DNA of 64,000 nt from Bilabrum cf. latius (taxonomy: Eukaryota): assembly GCA_965178125.1 (NCBI GenBank), contig OZ237774.1, positions 372,001 to 436,000 of the forward strand, read 5' to 3'. Each line of letters opens with the position of its first letter. The first letter of the stretch is position 1. The notes beneath the pieces are model-generated. The model saw only the letters and a list, made by a program, of their open reading frames with translations. It did no database searches and was not told the origin of the DNA. This document shows positions 24,140 through 36,600 of the stretch, piece by piece. The position numbers were made by a program, and so were the translations under genes.

Positions 24140-26776
24140 ATGGGGTCCAGTAAACGAAGTACAAATGCATCATGCTGCGACATCAAGCGCAGTGGTGGCT
24201 CGTCTGCATTTCTCCGAAACCTCATGTGGGCGGTGATTTTAACGAGCCTGCTGTTTGTGACGTACGCAGTGCTTGGACGTTAGGGAGTGCTGCCAGCTGA
24301 ATTCGAGGTTCGCCCTGTCGATTTCTGGGCTACATTGGAGCGGTCCGATAACACTTTGGTATAGTACGACGTATTATGGCCCAACTTTTCGCTTGGCGAT
24401 GTTTTGCGCCGCGGAGTAGAGAGTGAGGAGACATCGATGATGGTATCAGCAGGGCTTGTTGCAGTAACTTCGGCTGCAATGCGAACACATGAATTAACCA
24501 TGGCATTTCTCTCATACGCAGGTGTTGCTAACGAAAGCTTTTCGGCGTCATGTGAGAAAAGCCGCCAACAATCCGCAAATGCCAAAACGAGTGCCAATTA
24601 GGTACGGAAATTATTTGGGTATGCATCAATGACACGTGTGGAAATGTTGATGTTACCCCCGTATCTTGTAATCCATTGCGCAGCTGTAGATCCTGGCTGG
24701 TCCCCTGTGCTCCTCAGCAGAAGGAGCATCGGCCTGCCTGATTCGCGACAAGCCGCTGACCTGTACGACGCCATGTACTCTGTCATGTACGGCCTGGCCG
24801 CATGCGTGCTGCTTGTCGTCAAATCGATGCTTCTGTGCATCGCCTGCGCGGGAGCACCCCGAGGAACGGGCTGTCTCTGGGCCTCCTGCGAAATACCAGA
24901 CCTTTCCGATAGCGGACCTCACCGGGCGCCGCGCGCTGCAGAGGGCAAGAAACATAGGAAGGGTGCAGTTGACGGTGGTCGTGCATTTGCATGCTGCTCT
25001 GGCAGTCGGCGGGCAGGCGGGAGGGGGGTCACCTTCGCCTCCCGCATGCAGCAGCTCGTGTCCCTGTGAGGCCAAGGTGCATCGCACTGGGCTGCAAGCC
25101 CCCGTGCGATGGAATGCGTTGCGTCCCCGTCCAATCGTTGCATGTCTCGGCACGAGTGCGCCGAGCAGGTTCCGCCCACCGAGCACTCGTTGCCATTGCA
25201 TCGCCCTCTGCTGCGCACTCGGGTTGCACTCGCCACACCACAATCCTCCGATCGTTGCACACCGCAGGGGCGCCCTCATTGCCAGCATATCCCTGCTACC
25301 CTCTGCTCTGGAGTACCTCACGGGTGCCATGGGGCAGCAGAACCTCCTCGTGCAGAGCAACCGCTGGGGGCAGCAAGACGCGCTGCTGCTGCCGGCCAAC
25401 CTGCTGCCCAGCGTGACCCTGGGACTGCGGGCCACCTGGTTCGGGGGAACCGTCGCGATGATATTCGTCATCGTGAGGCTGCAAGAGCCCGGAGAGGACT
25501 CGGAGTCGAAAATTGCGCCGGGCAGGTAGCGCACGTCATCGTCGTCGCACGCCCACCCATGCTCGTGGGAGAGTCTTCGGTGCGGGAGGCTATCCAGGTC
25601 CAGGTCAGGTGCGACCGTGATTTGCGGTGAAGAGTGCGGCTCCAGCAGTTGCGATCAGCTGCGAGCAGGTGCATGGGTGCTGCTAGGACTCGGTATCTTG
25701 CTTGGATTGCTCAACGTCACCACATTCTCTGAGGGGTAGAGGAGGCGTGGGAAACTGTCTGGCGTAGCTGAGGAAAGGCTGATCGCAAGGCGAAACGAAC
25801 CTGCCATCAGCCTTGATGAATTTAAGGGAAACCTTCAAGATCAGCTAAATTTGATCGTTTCGGGGCTGGCAACGGATAGGTGGATCAGCTACCCTGGCCG
25901 CACGGTGGTGGGGATCGATTCGATCCGTGAGTGGCAGGAGGGCGCGGAGCTCTACTGCTCCGTGGATGCGGCCCGCAGGGAACAAATGGGGGTTATCGCC
26001 GACCTGGCAGCGTTCCAGTCCGCCATCGCATTCAACGCGACAGTTAACCAGCTAGAGGAGGATTCGGAAGGAAACGTGCTCGCCGTTGTGGGAGGGCTGG
26101 AGCGCGCCCTGGCTGAACTAGTGAACGGCATCCACGACTAGTACAGGAAGGCAGTCAACGAGGACAGCCCTTACCTTCTATCATAGGAGCTTGGCATCGA
26201 TTACGATGAGGTGATCCAGAGGAGCATCTATGGGACGGCGGGTACAGACCCAGAGGGGCGGGAAAGGTACCCCATGGTGGCGATCGGGGCCGCCGTGGTG
26301 ATCCTGACTTTGGTGATGGTGGTGGTGCTGATGGCAATGCCCGTGGCAGGGGGCCGCAACGGCTTCGTAGAGTGTGGGATGGCTTGTGGTGCTCTGTGGG
26401 GTGCTGTGTGTCAGGCGCGTGAAGACGTGTTCGGGGACTATAGAACGGGAGAGGCAAGCGGGATGATCGTCGTGGAGGAAACCAAGAGATCTTCCAAAGG
26501 GGCTTTGGATGGCGCTGCGACTGGAGCTGGATTCTTCGGAATGTGCTTTTCTTGCTGCTGTTTCTGCTGTGCCAGCGAGCAACAACGACCGAGGACCAGC
26601 AGTGCCAGGCTCTCAGCTGCCGTGCACCCCGCGACGATCCCACCCCGAGATGGCCTCGCAAGTGCACAACCTGGGAATCTGAAGGGTGGTCAAACCGGCA
26701 AGAGCACCAAGCAGGCCCAGGTTTAGCCATCCTCACCGGCATCAGGCCAGCCTCCGCACAGTGACGCCAAGGCTGC

Positions 26777-26812
<36 letters not shown>

Positions 26813-29800
26813 GGAATAGGTCGGCTCATCCAGCTCGAATCCGCAGGCCGAATGTGAGCTGAAGGTGCAAGGAGGTGCGTTGGATACCCCATCGGAGGGT
26901 ACTTCAAGTAGAGCAGCAGGGGAGAAGAGCACGATGCCTTTAACTAGCTGTGCAGACCCTCGGAATCAGGAGGAGCCACTGCAGCTGCTGTCTACCGCCC
27001 GCTCCACCAAGACGGGCTCCCAGCAGCCTGCAAGCACCGGCGTGGGGAGAACACGCGCGGATCCGCCTCAAGAGCAGTCTTCAACATCCACTGCCATTAT
27101 GGTTGCAACTGCGGTGCCCAACGAGCCCAAGCAGGCCCAGGCTTTGCCTAGACCTGTCCCACCAACCCCCAAGCAGCACGACCAGAACCAGGTGGTCAAG
27201 CGGCTCAAGCCCTGGGAGCCCGAGCAGGAAGTGACCAAGTACGTGGCGGGAAGCAGCGTGGCGGTGGCCGCCCTGCTGAAAGGACTCGCCCTCGTGGGGC
27301 TGCTGGCCAGCTACCTCCTCGTGTTCCCCCAAGCCATCCTCACCGAGTCCTGCCCTAGGGTGGTACCGCTGTACACTGGCCAAGCAGTGGTGATGGGCCA
27401 GAGCATGCAGCTTGCGCTAGCCACGCTGACTGGCGCGGCTGCCCGGTCGGGGTTGGTGCAGGGATCGAGCAGCCAGCGGCTCCCGATCGATCCGTCCCAG
27501 CTGTTTGGTCCCTACGTGAAGAACTCGTTCTGCGGAAATGCGATCATCTATTTCCTGGAACAGAATCCCGGCGCGAACTTCACCGAGTTCGAAGGTCTAA
27601 ACCCGGACATTCGGCAGAGGCTAGAGAGCGGAGTATTGCAGCAGGTGCAGACATTGCTCGGGGTCAACTGCTCGCTTTGGGACGATTTTGAGTACGCGAA
27701 GGAGCAGGAAGATCGGCCGCTGGCCCTGGCGACATTTGCTGCGCGTGCATTCGCCCAAGGCCTGGTCAATTAGGCACCCACAGAGGCGGTGCGGAAAGTG
27801 GCCAGGGCCCAGCAGTTCTTCTATGACGCAGATGACGCCACTCTGAACGAGATGAAGGAGTCGGCTTTGGCCATGTCGATCCTGCTGGTGGGCGACCTGA
27901 CTCTCAAGCTGGCGATCGCTTTGCTGCTGTACCGTCACGTATCCCTTTAGGCCACCATGATGCTGGTCTCGCACTCGGCCAAGCTCAGGCGGCAGGTGCT
28001 GGTGTCCCGCATCCGGTACACGAGCCACGAGGTGCGGCAGCCCCTGAATTCGATCGTGCTCGGGCTGGCCGAGATCCAGGACCAGCGGCGCATGGTGGAG
28101 GACGCAGAGAACAGACTGAAGGGGGTGCTGAAGGCACTCAGGGGCATGGCTGCGGGGGCGGGCGTCCCTGCCCAGCTGGTCACCAACGTGGACCCGATTG
28201 ATATAGACTAGCACGGACGGAGTTCAGTGCTGCTGTTAGACCAGCAGGGCGGCGGTGACGCCGGGGCTGGACAGAAAGTCCCACCGACCTCTGATGCTGG
28301 GAATGAAACTCCCCAGGGGGATTCCCCGGGGTTCGTGGTACCCCGGGGAGGGGACACAGCAGAGGATGCAGCCAAGACGAGTGCCCCGCAAGCTCGACAC
28401 GACGGTGCTGCAGGGGCCAACTCCGCGAACGATGGCGGCGGGCCTGGCACTGGCACTGGTGATGCTGCTGACGCGCAACTACCAACGCGTAGGAGACGGG
28501 TAGTAAAACGCAAGCGCAAGCAGAAAGAGGAATCGAAGTCGGCTGACCACCAGGCAGGTGATCCAACGGCAGACGCGGAACCGACCCCTGTGCAAGCATG
28601 GGCAACCACTGGCGGTGACTAGGCGACACCGGGCCACAGACCGCCCGTGGGTCCAACCGCATCGCCATTTTAGACGTCTTATCTGCAGACTAGACCCTCA
28701 AGCCGCCAGCAGCCAACGGCAGAGCAGCTGACTCGACAGGCGTGGGGCGGTGGGAGCGCTCCGACACCGGTGAGTCCCGACAGTCGCACGCTCGGCTGGA
28801 ATCAGCAGGAGCAGGAGCAGGAGCGGAAGAGAAGCATGGCAGTGCTGCGCAAATGCATCGCGGACCTGCGAGGCATCCGATCGGAGTTGGACGAGGTGCT
28901 GCCCTCCATGGGGGCCGCGGCGGACTCGATGATCTCCGTGCTGGACGACGTATCGGCCCTGCAGAAGATCGAGGCGGGCAAGCTGACCGTGGTGCCGCGC
29001 CCCTGCGACCTGGTTCACGTGCTGCTGCGGACCACCGCCACTGCCTTTAGAGCTTGGGCCAGCGGGCGCGGCGTGGATCTCACCGTGATGAACGCCTGGT
29101 CGCCGAGAGGCGCACTGGAGGGACTGCTCAGGGCAGCGGCAGGGAGCGGGATGCAGCGGGGTGAATCCACCGGTGGAGCGTGGCTGCGTGCCGAGCTGCG
29201 GACGATCGGATCAAGGACCACCACCAACAGTAGCAGGTCGGGTGGCGCAATCGCGATGGATGCATCGCATGGTGGTGCCCATGCCAATGGTAGGGACATT
29301 TCGGGCGGGATCGGAAGCAGCATTGTTGGCAATTCCAGGTCTGGATCGAGGTCCGGTTCCCGGGGTCGCTCGGGGGGCAGCAGGGGAGGCAGCAGGGGCG
29401 GGGCACGAAACAGATCTGGCATCCACTCCGTTCCACGGAGACGCGGGGCGGCCATTCGTGGTGCGCAGCGCGGAAAATCGGGTCATGATAGGTGGGGGCC
29501 TACCGCCGTGCGAGGACGGGGGGGGTCAGAAGCCGGCCGTACTGACGGCAGTGGGCTCGGCCAGGCTAAAAACCACACGCTTTATTCGTCACTCCCAGAA
29601 GGTGGTGCCGTTGCGACCAGTCGCGCGGCCTAGATGGACGTAATGACGTCACTACGACTCAAGCAGATGGAAATGGGATCATCCACCACGTCATCTTCGT
29701 CACGCGGCGGAGCCATGAGCGGATTCGGGTTTGGCCAGGGTAGCTCTTCCAGCGGGTCGCAGCACGGGTTTGGCCACGGGTCAGGATCGGCCGGGTACCG

Positions 29801-32800
29801 CCTGCTTGCCGACTCCCCCCGTCTGCAGCAGGTGTTCAGCAACCTTGCCTCCAACGGGGTCAAGCACGCGGCCCGGGTGCAGGCCGCCATCCAGGACGCG
29901 CTGGAGGCCGGGGAACTGGAGGGTGCCATGGGAATATTGCAGGGTCAGGATGGAGACGAAGAGGAGGAGGAGGAGGGGGGCGAGGATGGGTTGGGAGAGG
30001 CTGGGGCCAGGGACATGAAGAGCCTCAACATGCAGGCCGTGCTGTCCGGCACGCTGCTGGAGCCCTCCGTGATGGTGGGGTGCTCGCCTCTGCCCCCCTT
30101 CCTGTGGTCAGCTGAGGAACAAAGGAGGAGGCTGGGGAGGAAGAGGAGTCGGCAGCTGCGTCGGATGGTGGGCGAGCTGAGTCCGGAGGTGTCAAAAGTC
30201 GTGAGATCCGGCGCTTTCGACTACCTGGACCCGATGGATACGCACTCGTCACACACTGGGTCAGAATCCAAGCGTTCTGGGTCCCACACACCCCAGCCAA
30301 GCGCGGGCACTAACGCCACGACGCGCTCCTCCAACGGGACGGTCCCGGGACCGAACCCTAGTGTGCCGCGATCCACCGGCGGATTCAGGGATCGATCTCG
30401 CGGTACTGGTGCAGCAGGCAGCGAAGGTTCGACGCGAGCAGTGGACGCTGAGGTCGCGTCAGGCAGCCTGACGAGTGCGCATGGAAGTGTGGCGAGTGGG
30501 TTTGGTGCTGGGCATGGGCAAGGGTATCGCACGACATCCGGACTCAGCGACATGACAGGCCGTGACGTAGGCCGAATGCTCGAAGCGAAGCTCGGTGTGG
30601 TCGCTGAGGACAGCGAGGAAATCGAGGGTGACGAGCGCAGCGGCGGCGGGATCGGGAATGCGGACGAGGACGAGGGCGAGGAGGACGAGGGGGCGGGCAA
30701 TTCGAGCAGCGTGGGCGGGCTTGGCGATGGCGATGGCGATAGATATTGTGGCGGCGCTGGCGGCGACAGCGCGGTGGCGGTGCGAGGGGCATTCCAAGGT
30801 CCAGGGAACACAGTCACTGCGGATCATCATGCTCTAATTGGTGTCAAGTCAGACGGCGTGATCGGTTCAAGCCCTGCTGCAGACGCAGACGGCGGTACTG
30901 ACGAGTCGGCGCATGGAGGACACCCTGGAGGAAAGGAATCCAGGGAACAAGGATCCAGGGGCGTGACCACGAGCGTGGCCACGGGTCTGATTCAGGCAGC
31001 CAAGCAGGGGCACAGCGAGGGCAGTCAAGGGGGCCAGGCGGGTGTGACGAGCGTGGGGGGTCATGGCTCGGGCCAGCAACCGGCCGTGCGCCCACAGGGC
31101 AGGTGGGGCGACACGCAGCACGCTGGAGCAGGGGCGCTGCCCGAAGGCGGCAGGGTGCAGGGGACTGCTGCATCATCGAAGGATCCCGCAGTGCAGATGA
31201 ATCGGGACCTGGATCGGGCGGGTGCACCGCACGGTAGTGCAGAGAGTCATTGCAAGGCAGGCAAAGTCACCACCACCCGGAGGGTCATGGTCCGATCCGC
31301 AAGCCGTTAGATTGCCGTTAGGCCGGGCTAGTCGTCATCCGGATCTAGCACACCGGGCACGACGTCTGGCGAGCCTAGGTCTGCGGTTGGTCGCGCGCTG
31401 TCGGGTGCCGTTGCGCGGCGCGCGGCTGCAGCAGGTGCCATTGCCGGCACGACGTCGATGGTGGTGCACGACGACGAGGACGAGGACCAATAGGAGGGGG
31501 CAGATGCGGATGGAAGCGATCGCAAGTTCACCGACAGCGCCGTGGTTAGAGGACCAGGGCAACCAGGTGTCGCCGCTGCCTCTACACTGAGTGCCATGGG
31601 GACAGCTGACGGCTACGGTGCCAGAAACGAGGCAGCGAACGAATTAAAATCGGCACCAAGACCCAGTGATTTGAGTCCGATACGAAGCGGTGGTCAAAGC
31701 CGACATGGTCAAGGTAGCGCTGCGGAAGCGGCGAGCAGCAGCAGCAGCAGCAGCAGCCGCAGCCGAACTTCGAAATCGAATCTGGGCCACACCCTCCGCA
31801 ACGATATTCACTCCTACAGGCAGATGGTGACCCGCCCGGTGGTGACCCTCCCTGACGCAGTGAGGCAGGCCGTGGCGGTGAGCGCTCTGGCGGAGCACCC
31901 CGGTGGGATCGGTAACACGGGTTCGGGGCCTGGCGGGGCTGGTGGCAGCGGAGAGTGTCGCAGCGTGCACGGCAGTCGCAGCGCGCTGCATTCTCTGGGG
32001 TCGTTTTAGAGCCAGCAGAGCGCGCACTCGTCACACCGCATCGACGATCGCCGTGTGACGAGTGGGGTGAGGCGCAGTTCAATCCAGCGCAAGGGGCAGC
32101 CCAATGGCAGCAGCAACACTCTGTCTTCCACCGGGTCTGGGCCAGGCACGGGCATTGGTGCTGACTCTGGAGCGCATGCCTCTTCGCGATCGCCACTGGC
32201 AGGACTACTCCAGTACCCACCAGGTGGTGTGACGAGTGATGAGCTGCACCGGTTGCGAGTGGCTGACGCGGGCCCGTCTCTGGAGGCCTCCCGGCTGCTG
32301 CTGTATGCCTGCTGCTCTGCCTCCACCCGGGGAAACGTGGACTGGGTGCTTGGGATGGAGGACGAGCCAGGGGTTGATAATGGTGTGACGAGTGATGGGA
32401 TTGCCCTCGAGGACTCTGGCCCCACCGGCATGCGAACCGCGTGTTTCTGGTCCTGGGACGGCGGGCCCGGCATCTCCCCAGGGGATCGATCCAAGGTGTT
32501 CGTCGAGTTCTCGCAGCTGAACAGCGGGGTGTTGCAGGACGGACAGGGCACTGGGCTCGGGCTGGCCATCTCGCAGGCGATCGTGGAGATGCACCGCGGG
32601 GTGATCGGGTGGGTGTCATCGCCCGGTGCGGGCTGCATCTTCTTCTTTATGGTGCGGGTGCCTGTGGAGCCTTGGGAAGACCCCAGGGTAGCTATGAAAC
32701 GACGCGCGCTGGAGGCAGGACACAGCATCACTCCCACCGCCACCGCTACTCAAGCAGTCCGCAGTGACGGCACATTTGACCGGTCCCTGGATGCCCGAGG

Positions 32801-33311
32801 GAACAAGCTGCTTCGCCCTACAATCGGTACTAGAGAGACAAGCAGCCCGCAAACCAAAGCAACGAAACCGCTGGTGCTCGTGGTGGACGACAGCCGCTCC
32901 AACCGACGGATGCTGCAGCGGCTGGTGCAGAAGCTGGGCTGCGATGTGCTGCTTGGCGAGGACGGGCTGGATGGGCTGGAGAAGATGCGGGCAGTCGATG
33001 CCAAGCGCGGGAGAGCAGGAGCGGTCACCGACGTGGAGGGGCAGGAGGGGGCGGGGCTGGGCCGCACTGTGGGCGAGGGCGTGTCGCTGGTGCTGCTGGA
33101 CTTCTCCATGCCGCGCATGGACGGGCCCACGTTTGCCAGTGCTTTGAAGCGCGACCCGCGGTACTCTGGCATTCCCATCGTGGGTGTGACGGGGAATGCG
33201 CTCGAGCAGGACAGGGAGCTGTTCCTGGCGTCAGGTGCTAGCGAGATTGCGATGAAACCGGTGACGCGTGACAAGGTACAGGGAGTGCTGGACAAGTACG
33301 TCCGGAAATGA
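24140..33311 (+). CDS. Giant (~2,990 aa) multi-TM hybrid sensor histidine kinase (HisKA + HATPase_c + receiver); intron 25066-25267
   Basis: H-box RYTSHEVRQPLNSI (His 28026-28028), N-box DSPRLQQVFSNLASNGVKH, G1 WDGGPGI, G2 GTGLGLAISQAIVEMHRG, receiver VLVVDD...LLDFSMPRMDG...GVTGNA...MKP. The exon 25268-33311 is one frame broken only by TAG. Confidence 0.9.
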
Positions 33312-33643
33312 CAGTAAAGGATCCGATTGTACATGCTTCACCGAGTTAGTAAGGTTACATCCTGAGGGCCTAGGTTCTTTGCTCCAAATAAGATCCTAGG
33401 GTACTACAAATCGAATACCGTATCCATATGGATCCATTTGGATCTAAGGGTTAGCTAGATCCAATGCGTAGGGCTGACAAGGCATACTTTGCTAAAAACA
33501 GTCAAGTTCAGGGCTTGAAGCTGGCACCCGTAGATCCGGATGTTGGCTGGTACCGGGTACATAATCCTGAGTAGACCTAGCCGCACCTAAAAACACTTGA
33601 ACCGTAAGCAGGATATTAATTGGGGGGTCCCAAAGCCTGCCAG

Positions 33644-36600
33644 TCACGCACTCACGTACTTGTCCAGGACTCCCTGTACCTTGTCACGCGTCACCGGTTT
33701 CATCGCAATCTCGCTAGCACCTGACGCCAGGAACAGCTCCCTGTCCTGCTCGAGCGCATTCCCCGTCACACCCACGATGGGAATGCCAGAGTACCGCGGG
33801 TCTCGCTTAAGTGCAGCGGCAAACGTCGGACCATCCATGCGCGGCATGGAGAAGTCCAGCAGCACCAGCGACACGCCCTCGCCCACAGTGCGGCCCAGCC
33901 CCGCCCCCTCCTGCCCCTCCACGTCGGTGACCGCTCCTGCTCTCCCGCGCTTGGCATCGACTGCCCGCATCTTCTCCAGCCCATCCAGCCCGTCCTCGCC
34001 AAGCAGCACATCGCAGCCCAGCTTCTGCACCAGCCGCTGCAGCATCCGTCGGTTGGAGCGGCTGTCGTCCACCACGAGCACCAGCGGTTTCGCAGGTTTC
34101 GTGCTTCCCTCCGGACCCGAGCTTTCTCGACGCGGGCGTGCCTGAAGCCGTCCTCCGGCAGTCGGTGCTGCACGGTAGCCTGAAGCAGTATCAATATTGT
34201 CTTCATGGCTTGCATTGCCGGTCGCAAGCTATCCTCCCTGCCGTTTCAAAGCAGTACCGCCCCTAGAATGAGGCTGTATTGGCACCCGCACCATAAAGAA
34301 GAAGATACAGCCCGCACCAGGTGATGATACCCACCCGATCACCCCGCGGTGCATCTCCACGATCGCCTGCGAGATGGCCAGCCCGAGCCCAGTGCCCTGT
34401 CCGTCCTGCAACACCCCGCTGTTCAGCTGCGAGAACTCAACGAACACCTTGGATCGATCCCCTGGGGAGATGCCGGGCCCGCCGTCCCAGGACCAGAAAC
34501 ACGCGGTCCGCATGCCGGTGGGGCCAGAGTCCTCGAGGGCAATCCCATCACTCGTCACACCATCATCAACCCCTGTCTCGTCCTCCATCCCCAGCACCCA
34601 GTCCACATTTCCCCTGGTGGAGGCAGAGCAGCAGGCATACAGCAGCAGCCGGGAGGCCTCCAGAGACGGGTTCGCGTCAGCCAAATGACGCAGCCCAGCC
34701 GGGGCGACAGCAGACTGGGCCGTCGGCAAGTGCAGAGGCTTAAACACAGCTCCTGCGCGTGTAGGATCGCTGTGACGAACTCGGCCTCGCCTGCCGCCAG
34801 CCACTGGGCGAGCCCCTTCTACTCCCAACCTCGTGTTACCGATCCCACCGGGGTGCTCCGCCAGAGCGCTCACCGCCACGGCCTGCCTCACTGCGTCAGA
34901 GAGGGTCACCACCGGGCGGGTCACCATCTGCTTGTAGGAGTGAATATCGTCGCGGGGATTGACCCTCCCTGAACCGATAGACATGACTGTCGCGTCATCC
35001 GCTGTCGCCCACGCAAGGGTTGCAGTGCCGTCGGCTACACCGCCAGCTGCAATTCTCCCTCTATCGCGGGTGGTAGGGAGGACGCGCTGGGAGATGGCCC
35101 GCCGAACTGTCGATTCCATCGGCTGCACCGCAGCGTGTGAATTGGAACCAGCCGCCGTGCTGCCGGCAATGGTGCCAGAAGCCCGTATCTGGATGCGCAC
35201 CCCGCCCAGCCGGTCGTGCTCCGCCAATGTAGTGCCAGTGGTGCCTGCGCTTCCCCGGCTGGACGTGCTGCTGTGGTCGGCACTCGCGTGAGACTTCCTT
35301 GTTCCCTGTGTTGTTCCCTGGATCCGGGGCTCGATACTTGTGGAGAGGATCCCGGGGCCTCCGACCGTTCCGCTGCTTCTGTGTCGTTCCAGAGGTGCTG
35401 ACCTCAGTCTTGGCTCTGAGGATTCACCTGCATCTGCTTCGGATGCACTCAAATTGACACGCCGGTCGGTCTCTGCAGCGAGAGGCCCCACCGGCACAGC
35501 GACACCATCGGCTGTCTCCCGCATATCGACGCTAGCATCCTCCTCCTGCTGCTGCTGCTTTGACAACTTGACACCTAGCTTCACCTCCAACATGCGGCCC
35601 ATAGAGGTGGAAGACTCCTGGCGGGGCCTGCCACCACCCTGCAGAACGATGCGTGCGTCTTCTCGTTGGCCACGTCCGGCACCATCGTGATAACTAAAGT
35701 TGTTCATCTTGTCTATCGCATCGCTACGATTGGGGCGATCGAGACGCACCGAGCGTGACACTGCGTCTGTCTCAGCTGACGCACCAAGTCTAGCCTTATC
35801 ATTTGCTCGCTGCTATCGCACATTTTCGCCGCCAATGGCGCCTCCCTTCGGTTGGGCACACTCAGCAGCTGCAGTTGCTTCGCTGCTGGCTAGGCCGAAG
35901 TCCAAGGCGCCGGATCGCACGACTTTGGACACCTCCGGACTCAGCTCGCCAACCATCCGACGCAGCTGCCGACTCCTCTTCCTCCCCAGCCTCCTCCTTT
36001 GTTCCTCAGCTGACCACAGGAAGGGGGGCAGAGGCGAGCACCCCACCATCACGGAAGGCTCCAGCAGCGTGCCGGACAGCACGGCCTGCATGTTGAGGCT
36101 CTTCATGTCCCTGGCCCCCGCCTCTTCCAATCCATCCTCGCCCCCCTCCTCCTCCTCATCCTCCTCGTCTCCATCCTGCCCCTGCATCAGCCCCATGGCA
36201 CCCTCCAGTTCCCCGGCCTCCAGCGCGTCCTGGATGGCGGCCTGCACCCGGGCCGCGTGCTTGACCCCGTTGGAGGCAAGGTTACTGAACACCTGCTGCA
36301 GACGGGGGGAGTCGGCAAGCAGGCGGTACCCTGCCGATCCTGACCCATGGCCAAACCCGTGCTGCGACCCGCTGGAAGAGCTACCCTGGCCAAAGTCGAC
36401 ACTCGGACGCTTTGAAGAGGAGCTATTCGAATCGATGGCGCTGATCACACGACCCACAGAGTGATCGAGCCCTGAGAACGGCAGCAGCGGGGCAGCCGTT
36501 CCGATGGTATTCTGACCGTGCACCTGCCTGAGGCCGTGCTCTGTGGTCCCATTCTTGACGGCCGGTCCGCTTACAATCGTGCCCATTGACTGATTTAGCG

